Assembly (NCBI GenBank): GCA_943357745.1
Contig: CALRGN010000001.1
Span: 1 to 57,531 of the forward strand
Length of the DNA: 57,531 nucleotides
Reading direction: 5' to 3'
From: Candidatus Uhrbacteria bacterium
GTDB lineage: Bacteria; Patescibacteriota; Patescibacteriia; UBA9934
Positions 9,497 to 18,953 of this stretch are shown one piece after another. A program made the translations under genes and the position numbers. The notes below the pieces were generated by a model that searched no databases, was not told the origin of the DNA, and saw only the letters and a program-made list of their open reading frames with translations. Positions within the stretch are counted from its first letter, which is position 1, and the number at the start of each line of letters is the position of its first letter.

Positions 9497-10567
9497 TTAT
9501 CTAGATCTAGATCCGGCTTGCGGCAAAGATAGTTCATTTATCAAATCAACATTGCCAAGCAAACTGCCAGCCCCTCTGATTCCAACTGTAATTGGATCAT
9601 CCACAACTCTAACCGGGATATCAGTTTCTCTAGCGATAGTTCTATCTAATCCATGGAGCAATGAACCACCACCAGTCATAATTAAACCATTTTCATAGAT
9701 GTCAGCCACTAATTCCGCCGGCGTTAACTCTATCACTGCCTTGATATTTTCCACGAGTAGGTGCACCGATTTATAAAGAGATTCTCTTATTTGGGTATCT
9801 TGCACCACCACTTGTCTTGGCAAGCCAGTTAAGGTATACCGCCCCCTCATCTCAAATTCGGCGGGCTGTTGCCAATCTTGAGTACTCCCAATTTGGCATT
9901 TAACATCCTCAGCTACTTTTTCACCAATCACTAAATTAAAAACATCCCTAGAATATTGGATTATTTGTTTGGTAAAATCATCCCCAGCTAAAGATAAGGT
10001 GCGTTTATTAACCACACCGCCTAAAGATACCACCGCTATTTCCGTTGAACCGGCCCCGATATTAACAATCAAATTACCGGTGGATTCTCTAACCGGTAAA
10101 CCGGCTCCGAGTGCCGCCGCGATTACTCCTTCCAACAAATATACTTCTCTTGCACCGGCTGCAAACGCCGCATCTTCAACTGCCTTTCTTTCCACCTCGG
10201 TCATTTCAAGTGGTACGGTCATCACTATTCTTGGCCTAGGAATCAAACTAAAATTTTCAGAATATATTTTATCTAAAAAAAACTTCAATAATCGCTCCGT
10301 AACCTCAAAATCGGAGATCACCCCTTTGACAAGGGGTTTAGTGGTAATGATGTGAGGAGGAGTTTTTCCTAACATATCTTTGGCGGCCGTTCCCACCGCC
10401 ACAATGTTTGAATTCCGTTCATTCACCGCTACCATTGCCGGCTCATGAATTAATAATCCCTTACCTTCTAAAAATATCCTAAGATTCGCGGTTCCTAAAT
10501 CCACCGCGATATCTTTACTTGTTCCGCCCCAAAATCTCCGCCAAAGAGCCATAGGAATAGCCCCCAT
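9497..10567 (-). CDS. mreB: Rod shape-determining protein MreB
   Basis: DLGTAN, TEVERKAV, TGGGSLL; GGAGG upstream. Confidence 0.96.
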   Translation of the reverse strand: MGAIPMALWRRFWGGTSKDIAVDLGTANLRIFLEGKGLLIHEPAMVAVNERNSNIVAVGTAAKDMLGKTPPHIITTKPLVKGVISDFEVTERLLKFFLDKIYSENFSLIPRPRIVMTVPLEMTEVERKAVEDAAFAAGAREVYLLEGVIAAALGAGLPVRESTGNLIVNIGAGSTEIAVVSLGGVVNKRTLSLAGDDFTKQIIQYSRDVFNLVIGEKVAEDVKCQIGSTQDWQQPAEFEMRGRYTLTGLPRQVVVQDTQIRESLYKSVHLLVENIKAVIELTPAELVADIYENGLIMTGGGSLLHGLDRTIARETDIPVRVVDDPITVGIRGAGSLLGNVDLINELSLPQAGSRSR

Positions 10568-10610
10568 TTAACCACAACCTCCGTTAAAGCTCAAATTGGC
10601 TATCCCCTAT

Positions 10611-10997
10611 TTATTTTTCCTGTCTGGCGTCAGATAGTAAGAAGACTACTTCCAAAAAAATCACTAAACTTATTACAATTGTCATGGTGAATAGTGAAAA
10701 AAGATCAACGGCTAACAAGTATAGGGAAAGCACCATTGCCCCCGAAAGTAGCAACCCCTGCCGTAACGATCTAGCAAAATGTCGGTATAAATCCTTTTCA
10801 GAGAGCTCTCCCCCTCCCCAAATTGTTCCAATGGTTGTAAAAAAACCAACTAAGAAAAATCCTAAAGTGGTATAAAAGCTGTAAATTGATAATGGCCCAC
10901 CTTCAGTGGGGTTAAAATTAAACAAAATGAAAATCAAACCAATTCCAGAAATCAGCGTACCTAGACTTAACATTCCTACATATTTACTTACGGTCAT
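10611..10997 (-). CDS. Hypothetical 4-TM membrane protein
   Basis: Four hydrophobic segments, SLRQGLL motif; co-oriented between DUF721 and mreB. Confidence 0.75.
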   Translation of the reverse strand: MTVSKYVGMLSLGTLISGIGLIFILFNFNPTEGGPLSIYSFYTTLGFFLVGFFTTIGTIWGGGELSEKDLYRHFARSLRQGLLLSGAMVLSLYLLAVDLFSLFTMTIVISLVIFLEVVFLLSDARQEK

Positions 10998-11044
10998 ATT
11001 TAAAAAAATCTAGCCAAACCACCCTTAAGCTTAGATCAATTGTA

Positions 11045-11380
11045 TCACTCCTGTGCCCGGTCGGCCGCTCTTCCAAATTTAACCTCCATTTTACTAATAT
11101 TTAATTCGGGAAATTCTTCAGTCAGTGCCGCCACCGTTCTAGGGGAAAATTTTTCTAAAGCAAATTTTGCCGGAGCAGAAAAAGCAAAGATTTTTATCAC
11201 CCCATCCTTGAAACTAACCACTCGCCAATCATCAGGCGAACTGGCTGGTAATTGCCGATTCAGATACCCAGTTGCCGCCAATACCACCGCTCTTGCAACC
11301 AAGGTAACCGCAATTGGTTTTAAATACCTGGTCCCTCTCAATAAATCAGAGATTGGTTGTAAGTTTCTATTATGCGTCAT
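11045..11380 (-). CDS. DUF721/DciA-like protein
   Basis: LQPISDLL N-terminus and RVVSFKDGVIKI...AL KH-like pattern. Confidence 0.6.
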   Translation of the reverse strand: MTHNRNLQPISDLLRGTRYLKPIAVTLVARAVVLAATGYLNRQLPASSPDDWRVVSFKDGVIKIFAFSAPAKFALEKFSPRTVAALTEEFPELNISKMEVKFGRAADRAQE

Positions 11381-11428
11381 ATTTATTCAAAGTTGGGAAA
11401 TCAGATTTTTCAACAGCTTGGCACTGTT

Positions 11429-14374
11429 TTATCCCAGTTTAGCACTGGGGCAAATTTCATGGAAATCGCAGTTCCCACAAACTCTAACATCAGGCGTAGG
11501 CTCAAAAATACCGCGCTCAATTCCCTCCCCCAAGGCCCTGAAATCTTCTTCTAATCGTTCAAAATCAGAGGCTTTTGGCACAAAAGAGACGGTCTGCCCC
11601 CCAATAACATAATGATAGCTTAATCGCTCCACCGTTTTTGTTGGATACAATGCGTTCACGGCCATTGCATACAAAAGCAACTGCCGCTTATCCTTCCACC
11701 CCAGCTGTTCCTTTATTCCGCCCGTTTTATAATCAATCACCTCCACTCCACCGGAAGATAATTCGTCAATTCGATCAATCTTCCCTTGCAACTGAAATCC
11801 GGCAATCTGAAGATAGAACGGTTGTTCAAGTGCCAAAACTTGGGGCGGGTTAGCTTCCAATGAAATCAGAAACTTATTCAAAGCCTCAATCCCCTGCTCA
11901 AATCTTTGAACCCTCACTTCAACACTTGGGTACCAATCGCCAATAAACGCCCGTTCATACAACGGCCTCAAAGTTGACATCCCCGGCGTCACCGCTTCTC
12001 CACTGCGTAATAATTCCAGATAGTCATGTAGAGCGGCGTGTACGCTTTGACCAAAAGTCACCATTGGTTTCTGCCAACTTGGCACCCCAATCACATGAGC
12101 ATACCGATATTGTAGTGGGCAATTTTCAAAGGCCATTAGCTGAGAGAAACTTAACAAGACTGGTTCGGTTTTCGCTTGGGTTCCCACAAATGGAAAGCCT
12201 AGTGGATCATGGTTGGCTGGGGCTTTAACAGGATCAAGTAATTGATTTGCCCAACCCTCCGGAGCAACAACCGGGATTGTTTCCAATTCAATTCCCGCTT
12301 CATTAATAAACACTGATGGTCTTCTTGCTCTCACCCCTCCGTAACTACTGGCTCCAGTGATCATCAAACCCTGCTTAGCTCGGGTCATGGCCACATAAAA
12401 TAGCCGTCTTTCTTCCGACAAGTTTTTAATTCTAGCGTCTTCGCCACTCACCGGTAAATACCACTTCTCCCCCCGGCTATTCCCGGGAAATCTCTGTTCC
12501 ACTGCATTCACTATAAACACATATTCAAATTCCAATCCTTTTGCGGAATGTACGGTTAATAATTGGATTGCCTCTGGTGATGCTTGTAAGTCTTCAATGA
12601 TTGTCTCTTCACCCAACTCTTCAGCCGCTCTAATTTCCTCTAGAAAGTCTCGGAGACTTTTATCAAGCGCTCGTTTCTTCCAATCGTCAACCCGGCGTAA
12701 AAAACCGTTAAGCTTAGAAAAAATCAACATTTGTTCTACTTCCGGTAAAATAAGAACCTGAGTGATAATTCCGCTTTCTTTGAGAACTTTCAAAATAATC
12801 GCGGTGGGTTCATGAAGCTTCAACTCTTCCCGCCACTCATTAATCTTCGCAACTAACCGCGTGATTTTGTTAATCGCCTCTGGTGAAATTTCTTCACCAA
12901 CTCTATGGGTAAAGGAAGGTAAAAGAATTTTTTGGAGGACGGTCCAGATCGGACTAGCCTCTCGTTTGGCAATATGATTAATTACCACCGCTATTGTTTC
13001 TCCAACTCCGATTGTTTTATTAATAAGCAAACTAAAAACGCTTAAATTATGAAACGGTTCAATGATCACTCTTAAGGCCGCAATTAAATCCATTATCAGC
13101 GGTTCTCTTAGTAATTTATCTCCCCCTTGCGTGTATACTGGCCAACCAGATCTCTCTAGGGCAGTTTTAAAGGGGATTAAATGGTCGTGGGCTCTGGCAA
13201 GAATAGCAATTTCTTGCAACTGTACTCCACCCTTCAATAACTCATCAATTCTAGATCGTACCCACTCCACTTCTCCGTCACCACTCGGCAACATCCAAGC
13301 TTCCACCTGGGCGGAAATTGTGTTAGAAGTAGCGATCAACCGCTTATCAAGTTTTTCTATCACTTCTAGTCGGTTTGGATTATTTGATTGGATCAACTTG
13401 TAGGCTGAATCTAAAATCGCTTGACCACTCCGATAATTTTTCACCAAGGTCAAACTTTTTGCCTGAGGGTAGGCGGTTCTAAACTGCAAAATGTTGTCCA
13501 CCGTCGCTCCTCTAAAACCATAGATTGCTTGGTCATCATCCCCCACCACTAGCACACAGCCATCGGCGCCGGTTAATTCCTTTAGTAATTCAAATTGCAA
13601 CGGATTGGTATCTTGAAATTCATCAACCAAAAAATATCGGTATCTCTCTCGCACTAGCTTGCGTACACTTGGAACTTTCCTTAAAACATCCCTACTTTCC
13701 AGTAATAATCCGGCAAAATCCAAACACTGGGTTTCCCTAAGCATCAAGCTAAATTCATCCAAAGCACGCGCTAATTCTTCCCCTCTAAGAGTTGCGTCAA
13801 TTTTGGCCTCCGCATCCCCCTGCCAAAGATCAGTAAATTTTTTTGATTCAAGAAAATTGCGATAGCTTTCACCGGTAAAGCCCGCCTCTCTTAATCCACT
13901 AATTGCCCCATACAATTCCTTGATCAATTTTGGTGAAGGGCCACTTTCCAGAAATGGGGTCCAAAAACCAAACCTTAAAGAATGGCGTCTTAATAACAAC
14001 ATTGCGTCCGTCTCCGCTAGCCTCTGAAAATTACTCGCCCAACCCAAATGGAGGCCATATTCCCTTAGAAGATTCTCTGAAAACTTGTGGAAAGTATTCA
14101 CAGTAACCCCCCAAGTACCAAGCGGTAGAATACAATCCAATCGCTCCGCCATTTCCGTACTAGCTTTTTCGGTAAAAGTTAATGCCACAATCTCTTCCGG
14201 TTTGAAAGTTTTTTCTTGGATCAACCAAGCAATCCGTTCAGTAATCACGGTAGTTTTTCCGGTCCCAGCACCAGCAACCAGCAATAATTGATTAGATGCA
14301 AAGTGTACCGCCGCCAGCTGCTCTTGATTGAGCGGCATCTTTAAAGTCTCCGGAGCATTTATCTCATTCAACAT
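11429..14374 (-). CDS. UvrD/PcrA-type SF1 helicase fused to a C-terminal PD-(D/E)XK nuclease with four Cys (AdnA/AdnB/AddB-like)
   Basis: AGAGTGKT, DEFQD, NYRS, TVHSAKGLEF, EERRLFYVAMTRA; then CPLQY, GKIDRID, IDYKTG, QLLLY, CGNCDFHEIC. Confidence 0.92.
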   Translation of the reverse strand: MLNEINAPETLKMPLNQEQLAAVHFASNQLLLVAGAGTGKTTVITERIAWLIQEKTFKPEEIVALTFTEKASTEMAERLDCILPLGTWGVTVNTFHKFSENLLREYGLHLGWASNFQRLAETDAMLLLRRHSLRFGFWTPFLESGPSPKLIKELYGAISGLREAGFTGESYRNFLESKKFTDLWQGDAEAKIDATLRGEELARALDEFSLMLRETQCLDFAGLLLESRDVLRKVPSVRKLVRERYRYFLVDEFQDTNPLQFELLKELTGADGCVLVVGDDDQAIYGFRGATVDNILQFRTAYPQAKSLTLVKNYRSGQAILDSAYKLIQSNNPNRLEVIEKLDKRLIATSNTISAQVEAWMLPSGDGEVEWVRSRIDELLKGGVQLQEIAILARAHDHLIPFKTALERSGWPVYTQGGDKLLREPLIMDLIAALRVIIEPFHNLSVFSLLINKTIGVGETIAVVINHIAKREASPIWTVLQKILLPSFTHRVGEEISPEAINKITRLVAKINEWREELKLHEPTAIILKVLKESGIITQVLILPEVEQMLIFSKLNGFLRRVDDWKKRALDKSLRDFLEEIRAAEELGEETIIEDLQASPEAIQLLTVHSAKGLEFEYVFIVNAVEQRFPGNSRGEKWYLPVSGEDARIKNLSEERRLFYVAMTRAKQGLMITGASSYGGVRARRPSVFINEAGIELETIPVVAPEGWANQLLDPVKAPANHDPLGFPFVGTQAKTEPVLLSFSQLMAFENCPLQYRYAHVIGVPSWQKPMVTFGQSVHAALHDYLELLRSGEAVTPGMSTLRPLYERAFIGDWYPSVEVRVQRFEQGIEALNKFLISLEANPPQVLALEQPFYLQIAGFQLQGKIDRIDELSSGGVEVIDYKTGGIKEQLGWKDKRQLLLYAMAVNALYPTKTVERLSYHYVIGGQTVSFVPKASDFERLEEDFRALGEGIERGIFEPTPDVRVCGNCDFHEICPSAKLG

Positions 14375-14385
14375 AATCCAAGCAA

Positions 14386-15972
14386 TTATAAATCACCTCG
14401 GCGCCAAATCAAACTCGCCAAAATCAATTCTAAATCTCCAACCTTTTCTCCTTCTGCCGCCAATGTTAACGCCGGTAAATTAAAACGCCCCGGAAAACCA
14501 TATTCAACTTGAATAATTTTCCCCTGCTCCACTTTCCACCAAGTAAAAACCGTACCAGCCGCTGTTTCTATCCCCGCCGCCGTTTCGCCACTAAGTGATC
14601 GCAATTTTTCCAAAACAGATTTGTCCCACGGTTCAGTTGGTTTTATCACTACCAGATTCTCTCTAATCAATCTTAATCCGTCCTTGATTTCATCAATCAT
14701 GATTTCAACTCTTGCTACTACATCTCCGTTTGTCCTGATAAAACGATGTGGCTTAATCACCGCAAACCCCACCTGAAGATCATCTCTCCTCGTATCAAAA
14801 TCTAAACCAACGGCCTTAGCAATCGGGCCCATTAAATTATATTCTAGCGCCTCAACTCTAGTAATAGATCCCAAGCCTTCTAATCTATCCTGCACCACTT
14901 CTCTATACCAACCCAACTTCAACAATCTATTAAAATCAACTTCGAATTCCTTCAATTTAACTTTAATCATTTTTAGTTCAGTTTCACCAACCGTAATATT
15001 CACCCCAAAAATAATTAGTGCCCCCAAACCAAATCTATTCCCACAAATTAAAAATAGCAGTTGTCTAATTGTTTCTATTAATTCTAGAGCTAATGCCACT
15101 AAACTAAAGATCCCCAGTGCCCGATAAATTTCCATAATCACCTCAAGAAATCTAGTTAGCCGTTCTAATTCCAAAAGAATCACTCGCCAGGCAATGGCAT
15201 CCCCAGATAGAAAATCCCTTTTCTCTATCAGTTGATTTTCAAACAATCTCTCCCACGCCTGGACAGTTGAAAGCGCCAAACTAATCGCCCGCAGTGGCTG
15301 TCTTCTCCCCTGAACTGCGAGCGCCTTATCTAACGACATGCCAATTATCAGCTCCTCTCTTTCTCTCGTCGGCAAATGTTGATCAAGTTTAACCGCTAAT
15401 ATTCTCCCACGGTTCCTCTGCAAAGGAACTTGTCCGTAATCTCTCCAAGGCGGATAACTCTCCAAACTTCTTTCTACCGGAACATTAGGAAACCGCTCTC
15501 CCAACAACTTGGGCCACATTCCAATTGGGTTAATCTCTAATCGATTTGCAACCGCCCGCTCCTCCCACCACGCCCCGGGAGAAACAGTAAAAATTCCTTC
15601 ATAACTCTGTCCCGATATCACCAAACTAGATAGTTTCACCAATTCGCCTGTCTCCGGATACAACAATAATACCGATAAGGTGCCCGTCGGCGCTTCTGTA
15701 AAGATTTTGACCAACTTCAATCCCCCTCCGGTCAATCCCCCACCGGTCAACCCCCCACCGGACCTGCCACCACCAGCCAGTCCGCTGACAGTAAGTCCGC
15801 CACCGATCAATTCACCGCCCACCAAACCACCATCGGTCAAAGTTCTACAATTAATCAATTCATCAACAACCTTGGTAAGTTTTGAAATTAAAACCTCCCC
15901 CACCCAAAATCCATTAGACCTAGAGGTAATTGTAACCCCAGTAAGAATTTGAATCAGTTCTGATACATTCAT
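14386..15972 (-). CDS. Ehr/HyfG-like large subunit (NuoC-NuoD fusion), no Ni-binding CxxC
   Basis: PGAWWEERAV (NuoC-like), RVILLELERL, GPIAKAVG..D.R, GDVVAR, P...NLPAL...G..V.DL, terminal GDL; ATGA overlap with the upstream gene. Confidence 0.85.
   Translation of the reverse strand: MNVSELIQILTGVTITSRSNGFWVGEVLISKLTKVVDELINCRTLTDGGLVGGELIGGGLTVSGLAGGGRSGGGLTGGGLTGGGLKLVKIFTEAPTGTLSVLLLYPETGELVKLSSLVISGQSYEGIFTVSPGAWWEERAVANRLEINPIGMWPKLLGERFPNVPVERSLESYPPWRDYGQVPLQRNRGRILAVKLDQHLPTREREELIIGMSLDKALAVQGRRQPLRAISLALSTVQAWERLFENQLIEKRDFLSGDAIAWRVILLELERLTRFLEVIMEIYRALGIFSLVALALELIETIRQLLFLICGNRFGLGALIIFGVNITVGETELKMIKVKLKEFEVDFNRLLKLGWYREVVQDRLEGLGSITRVEALEYNLMGPIAKAVGLDFDTRRDDLQVGFAVIKPHRFIRTNGDVVARVEIMIDEIKDGLRLIRENLVVIKPTEPWDKSVLEKLRSLSGETAAGIETAAGTVFTWWKVEQGKIIQVEYGFPGRFNLPALTLAAEGEKVGDLELILASLIWRRGDL
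15718..15840 (-). repeat. Degenerate 15-bp tandem repeat encoding (L-T-G-G-G)n
   Basis: About 8 units, LTDGG LVGGE LIGGG LTVSG LAGGG RSGGG LTGGG LTGGG. Confidence 0.9.
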
Positions 15973-17390
15973 AGTCTCCACCACTCACTTGTGGTTAATG
16001 CCCCCATCAACCCAAAATCAAACCCGATCAAAAGCCAAAAAATAAAGGCATAAATTTTATTGGTTGATCTATCCTCATTGAATGATAGATGTTTCAGAGA
16101 TTTTTTTGGCGATTTATTTTTTGTAATCTCCCTAAACCAAGCCAGCAAAGATAATCTTAAAAAGTATAGCCAAATAATGGTCCAGATCCAAACCGCCCCA
16201 GCCGAAATTGTAATTCCGGTACCCCACCAAAGAATAATAATTAATCCTAGCAATGATCCTGGTAGGCCTAATTTACACCAAAGATAGGCGGTGCGCATTC
16301 TAGGATACTGCTTAGGATTATCAATCTTTACCAAAGAAATACCGGATTTAATCCAAAACCAATAAGCACCAATCAGTAACCATTCATGAAAGAAAATCAG
16401 AATCACAATTGGTGAAACCGCTCCGGTAATCAGAGCAAAGAGTGGCGCTAGCCCTAAACTAAGTGAGGCAATTCTAAGATCTAATCCGTAAAAGTTATCA
16501 CCATAAAAAATCTCTTCGCCCAAAACGGTTTTTTTGGTTTTATAATTGCGCCACGGTACTATGATGGTTACGGATAAAAATATTAGAAATGTGACCAGCG
16601 CAATAACTCTTAGGTGATCGGTGGGCCAACCCAGACTTCCTAACTTGGTCATTATTGCTAGCCACCAACTTATTAATGAGTATTGTAACCAAATCGGGAT
16701 AATAATTGAAATCCAGCGATTACTCCTTATCACACCAATTTCACTCCAAGTTGTGTATGGCCACCAGCCTAATTCCAACAAGATTCCTACCGATATTAAG
16801 ATCCAGGAAAGATCATTGGACCAAACTCCACCCAATGGCCAATAGATCGTCATCAATCCACCGCCAAGACACAAAAAAGCTACCATGTGCAATTTAAATG
16901 CTCGCCAAACAACCGCCATATCCATACCATCTCCGCCACGCGCGATCCCTTCCAAGCCACAGATAGCAATCAGTTGAACCAATAGAAATTTTGCAAGATC
17001 ATTTTCCAAAAAAGAACTAGTAATTAACCCGATTATCAAGACAAGCCAAATTAATTTTTCTCCCGTCATTTCACTATTCAATAATAACTTGCTTTGATAT
17101 TTGTTTGGATTAGAGACTGCCACTGATCCAATCATAGACAATCCAATCGCCACGAGCAGGAAGGCATAATCCCAACCATCTAAATTGATCTCTGGTAGAT
17201 TAAGTAACGTTGATAAAATAAATCTCCCCTCACCACTCCAAATAGCCACTCCAAGCTCAATCCCAATCAACAGCAACCCCACTTCCACCAAAAAAAGCCA
17301 CGGAATCCTGGCCGCTTTAACAGCGGGCAACGGCAACAGTCCCCAGACAATCGCCAGGAACAATAAAATTAAACCAAATATCATTAACAT
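15969..17390 (-). CDS. HyfF/EhrD-like antiporter-type membrane subunit, highly divergent
   Basis: Polytopic; WRAFKL and VGILLELGWWPYTTW align to the Mrp/Nuo AAWKY and GFGxKxGxxPxHxW motifs; KLGLPGS; position in operon. Confidence 0.65.
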   Translation of the reverse strand: MLMIFGLILLFLAIVWGLLPLPAVKAARIPWLFLVEVGLLLIGIELGVAIWSGEGRFILSTLLNLPEINLDGWDYAFLLVAIGLSMIGSVAVSNPNKYQSKLLLNSEMTGEKLIWLVLIIGLITSSFLENDLAKFLLVQLIAICGLEGIARGGDGMDMAVVWRAFKLHMVAFLCLGGGLMTIYWPLGGVWSNDLSWILISVGILLELGWWPYTTWSEIGVIRSNRWISIIIPIWLQYSLISWWLAIMTKLGSLGWPTDHLRVIALVTFLIFLSVTIIVPWRNYKTKKTVLGEEIFYGDNFYGLDLRIASLSLGLAPLFALITGAVSPIVILIFFHEWLLIGAYWFWIKSGISLVKIDNPKQYPRMRTAYLWCKLGLPGSLLGLIIILWWGTGITISAGAVWIWTIIWLYFLRLSLLAWFREITKNKSPKKSLKHLSFNEDRSTNKIYAFIFWLLIGFDFGLMGALTTSEWWRL

Positions 17391-17391
17391 A

Positions 17392-18033
17392 TTAGCGATC
17401 TATTTCAATTTCCGGATTAACGGAATCATAATTTAATTGATAGTGACAAATAGCATTCCAAAGCAACCACCAATGAATCAAACCTATCACTAATATGATC
17501 ATTTGCAAATAGTCTGATTCAGTTGATTTTAATCCAATGATCCCCACCAAACCCAACCAAAATACGCCAAACCCAATCCCCGCCTCTGCTCCGCGCCCCA
17601 CATAAAATCTTACCAACCCCACTACCGTAGCCAGGCTCGCCACCAACCACCACCAGTCAAAAAATTCTAAATTTTCTTTTGGAATTGACAACCCGTAGTA
17701 TCCAATCATCACCCCAATTAGAACAATTATAAATCGTTCCTCAAAATGTCGTTTGAATTGAGTTCTATATTTGATCAACCTTTTACCCCGTTTATCGTAG
17801 AATAGCTTGTAAAGGACGGTTATGCCCCAAATTAGATAGCATCCAAACATCAACACCATATTTAACCTTCCCTCGGTATTGATCACTTGCCAAATACCAA
17901 GAATTACAATCAAAGAGAGCAAACTATTTCCAAGCGGGATCGCCCTAGTCTTACTCATGAAGGAAAAGAGAAAAATGATTCCAACTACCGCTAACCACTC
18001 TCCATTGAATCCATAAAAAATTTCGTTTAGCAT
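17392..18033 (-). CDS. HyfE/EhrC-like membrane subunit, divergent
   Basis: 213 aa, 6-7 TM; size and position match HyfE between HyfC-like and HyfF-like genes. Confidence 0.55.
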   Translation of the reverse strand: MLNEIFYGFNGEWLAVVGIIFLFSFMSKTRAIPLGNSLLSLIVILGIWQVINTEGRLNMVLMFGCYLIWGITVLYKLFYDKRGKRLIKYRTQFKRHFEERFIIVLIGVMIGYYGLSIPKENLEFFDWWWLVASLATVVGLVRFYVGRGAEAGIGFGVFWLGLVGIIGLKSTESDYLQMIILVIGLIHWWLLWNAICHYQLNYDSVNPEIEIDR

Positions 18034-18068
18034 ATATTTTGCTTATATTCAGCCTACAGCCTTAATCT

Positions 18069-18953
18069 TTAATAAAAATTTGATAACCAAACCACTAGAG
18101 CTAATGTTTCCATCAGAGCAACAAATCCCAAGTACCGCCACAAAAAACCGGTATCGCGTTTGCAAGTAATTAATTCAAAAATTGCAAATATGAGCAGACC
18201 CAAACCTCCGGAAATAATAAGAGCGGATTGGCTCAGCCAATTGAGCTGACTGAGTATTAGAGAAATAAACAGATACCCGGCCAATGTGATCTGCATCCAC
18301 TCCCCCCACACTTGGCCACAGATTAACCAATTATAATCTTCTGAAATATGGTTGTCTAAAAAAAAGTCTTGCCGTTTTCTAAAGGGCGAACTGCCTAATA
18401 CAATTGGTAATAGAATCGCTCCAGAAATCCCAAGCAGAATTAAAGCGGTGCTTGTTTCCTGACTAAAGTCTGTTTGTATGATGGCGCCCCAATCACCAGA
18501 GACAAATAGGGATAGTAACCAAGCTCCAAAAAACCAGAACGGGGAGCTAACCCAAAACCGGAGCGATTGCTCATAATTATCATCCTTGATAAATTCCCCG
18601 GCTCGTAAAAGATTACTCCCCAGCATAAGTACCCACGCTAACCACCACCAACCAACCAAAGTCCAATAATCACCCCCAGGTAAAGCCGTATAATCCCAGT
18701 TATACCACGGTAGGCTTAAGAAAATTATAATTAAAGCTAAATTAGCTAAAATTATCATCCCGCCACTTACTCTCTCTTTTAGTGATAACCCTTTCCAACT
18801 AACAGTAATATTAAGGCTCCATCTGATTTGACTAAAACCGTGCCAAAGCAAATCGTGCAATAATTTACCAAATAACCCCACCGTAAAGACAATAAAAAGC
18901 CAGCCCAGCAATTGAACACTCCCAAGCACCAGCCACTTTAATACTTCAACCAT
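18069..18953 (-). CDS. HyfC/EhrB (NuoH-like) membrane subunit, divergent
   Basis: About 295 aa, about 8 TM; GGD, and LGSSPF...ISEDY..L...W aligning to ExxRxPFD...EYSG. Confidence 0.6.
   Translation of the reverse strand: MVEVLKWLVLGSVQLLGWLFIVFTVGLFGKLLHDLLWHGFSQIRWSLNITVSWKGLSLKERVSGGMIILANLALIIIFLSLPWYNWDYTALPGGDYWTLVGWWWLAWVLMLGSNLLRAGEFIKDDNYEQSLRFWVSSPFWFFGAWLLSLFVSGDWGAIIQTDFSQETSTALILLGISGAILLPIVLGSSPFRKRQDFFLDNHISEDYNWLICGQVWGEWMQITLAGYLFISLILSQLNWLSQSALIISGGLGLLIFAIFELITCKRDTGFLWRYLGFVALMETLALVVWLSNFY

Noticed and set aside
11040..11612. 190-aa + strand ORF and the many similar antisense ORFs in the track
   Set aside because: Shadow frames opposite well-supported genes, with Ser/Pro/Ile-rich antisense composition
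11429..12130. Cas4 / CRISPR-associated nuclease
   Set aside because: The four-Cys PD-(D/E)XK domain is fused to a UvrD helicase (AdnAB/AddB-like); no cas genes or repeat-spacer array seen
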